Position numbers and translations under genes: made by a program. Source: Nitrospinaceae bacterium (GTDB taxonomy: Bacteria; Nitrospinota; Nitrospinia; Nitrospinales; VA-1). From it: a stretch of DNA of 38,394 bases. Location: positions 1 to 38,394 of the forward strand of contig JBHHVU010000030.1 in assembly GCA_046754465.1 (NCBI GenBank), written 5' to 3'. The notes beneath the pieces are model-generated. The model had not been told where the DNA came from and searched no databases. It saw nothing but the letters and a program-made list of their open reading frames with translations. Of this stretch, positions 37,950 to 38,394 are shown one piece after another (within the stretch, counting starts at the first letter, position 1; the number at the start of each line of letters is the position of its first letter).

Positions 37950-38222
37950 ACAGGGTCCCCTTCCGGGGAAAGGCTGGAGAAGGAAGGCCATTTTGTCAGC
38001 GCCGTGAGCTTGCGGCAATGCAAGGCGTGCCCCTAACAAGCAAAACCACCCTCACCGAACCCGTCCTACCGCTCCGTCTTCATTTTTGAGAAAATTCCAG
38101 GAAATTAATTTGTCCCTCGGGGAGCCGGCCCACCCCATATTGGATTTATAGCAGGATTAGTGGGGGATGATTGCCCCGAACCGGGGAAGGAAGAAGAGGA
38201 ATAACGAGGAAGAGGTTTAAAC

Positions 38223-38268
38223 AAAAAAAACCCGGGAGCTGGTTGCCAACCTGCATCCAACTCCCGGG
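38223..38268 (-). terminator. Rho-independent terminator
   Basis: Minus strand CCCGGGAGTTGG...CCAGCTCCCGGG followed by T8. Confidence 0.75.
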
Positions 38269-38299
38269 TCCAATATACTTCTGGTCAAAAGACCTCAGA

Positions 38300-38392
38300 T
38301 CAGTAGACCAACTCCTGCCACTGAGTGATACCTTTTTGACCGTTTCTTTCCTTGTTCTGACCATTCCAGACCGCGATCGCCATCGGCGTTTT
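38300..38392 (-). CDS. 3' end (partial) of an ethylbenzene-dehydrogenase-like (EB_dh) heme b domain protein
   Basis: Reads KTPMAIAVWNGQNKERNGQKGITQWQELVY*, matching the AxAVW.G...ERxGxK C-terminal motif of DMSO-reductase type II gamma subunits. Followed by a terminator. Confidence 0.7.
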   Translation of the reverse strand, partial: KTPMAIAVWNGQNKERNGQKGITQWQELVY

Positions 38393-38394
38393 GC

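Noticed and set aside
38146..38364. 72-aa minus-strand ORF and a possible ncRNA hairpin at 38283-38341
   Set aside because: The region is explained by the EB_dh gene end in another frame plus its terminator.

Overview
Bacterial chromosomal segment. Gene content suggests Nitrospinota or a deltaproteobacteria-like lineage, but this is inference only. Left to right: a minus-strand housekeeping run (rplM-rpsI-argC-argJ, then def-fmt-UDP-sugar decarboxylase-radC); squalene-hopene cyclase (shc); four lipoproteins (FlgO/CsgG-like, one unknown, two DUF799-like, one of these with SPOR) and an unannotated 33-aa membrane peptide; mlaEFDC and a GHMP kinase; an AT-rich class II fic gene between 14-bp direct repeats; a TPR protein; a divergent membrane LuxR/DUF2231-like pair; a receiver/hybrid kinase/M28 peptidase operon with a sigma28-like promoter; tRNA-Val(CAC); an AAA ATPase; a sigma54-type flagellar cluster flgF-G-A-H-[two Ig-like lipoproteins]-I, flgJ-N-K-L; a rhodanese; and the 3' end of an EB_dh heme-b domain gene. 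The strongest unexplained signal is a modular ~100-bp repeat with about a dozen units at 8 loci. Each unit has a GC hairpin with a CAC-type 3-nt loop, a conserved core with a pseudo-palindrome resembling a XerD arm, and a GC hairpin with a GTA/GCA loop. The stems co-vary between copies. Copies usually sit at stop codons, and three supply protein C-termini.
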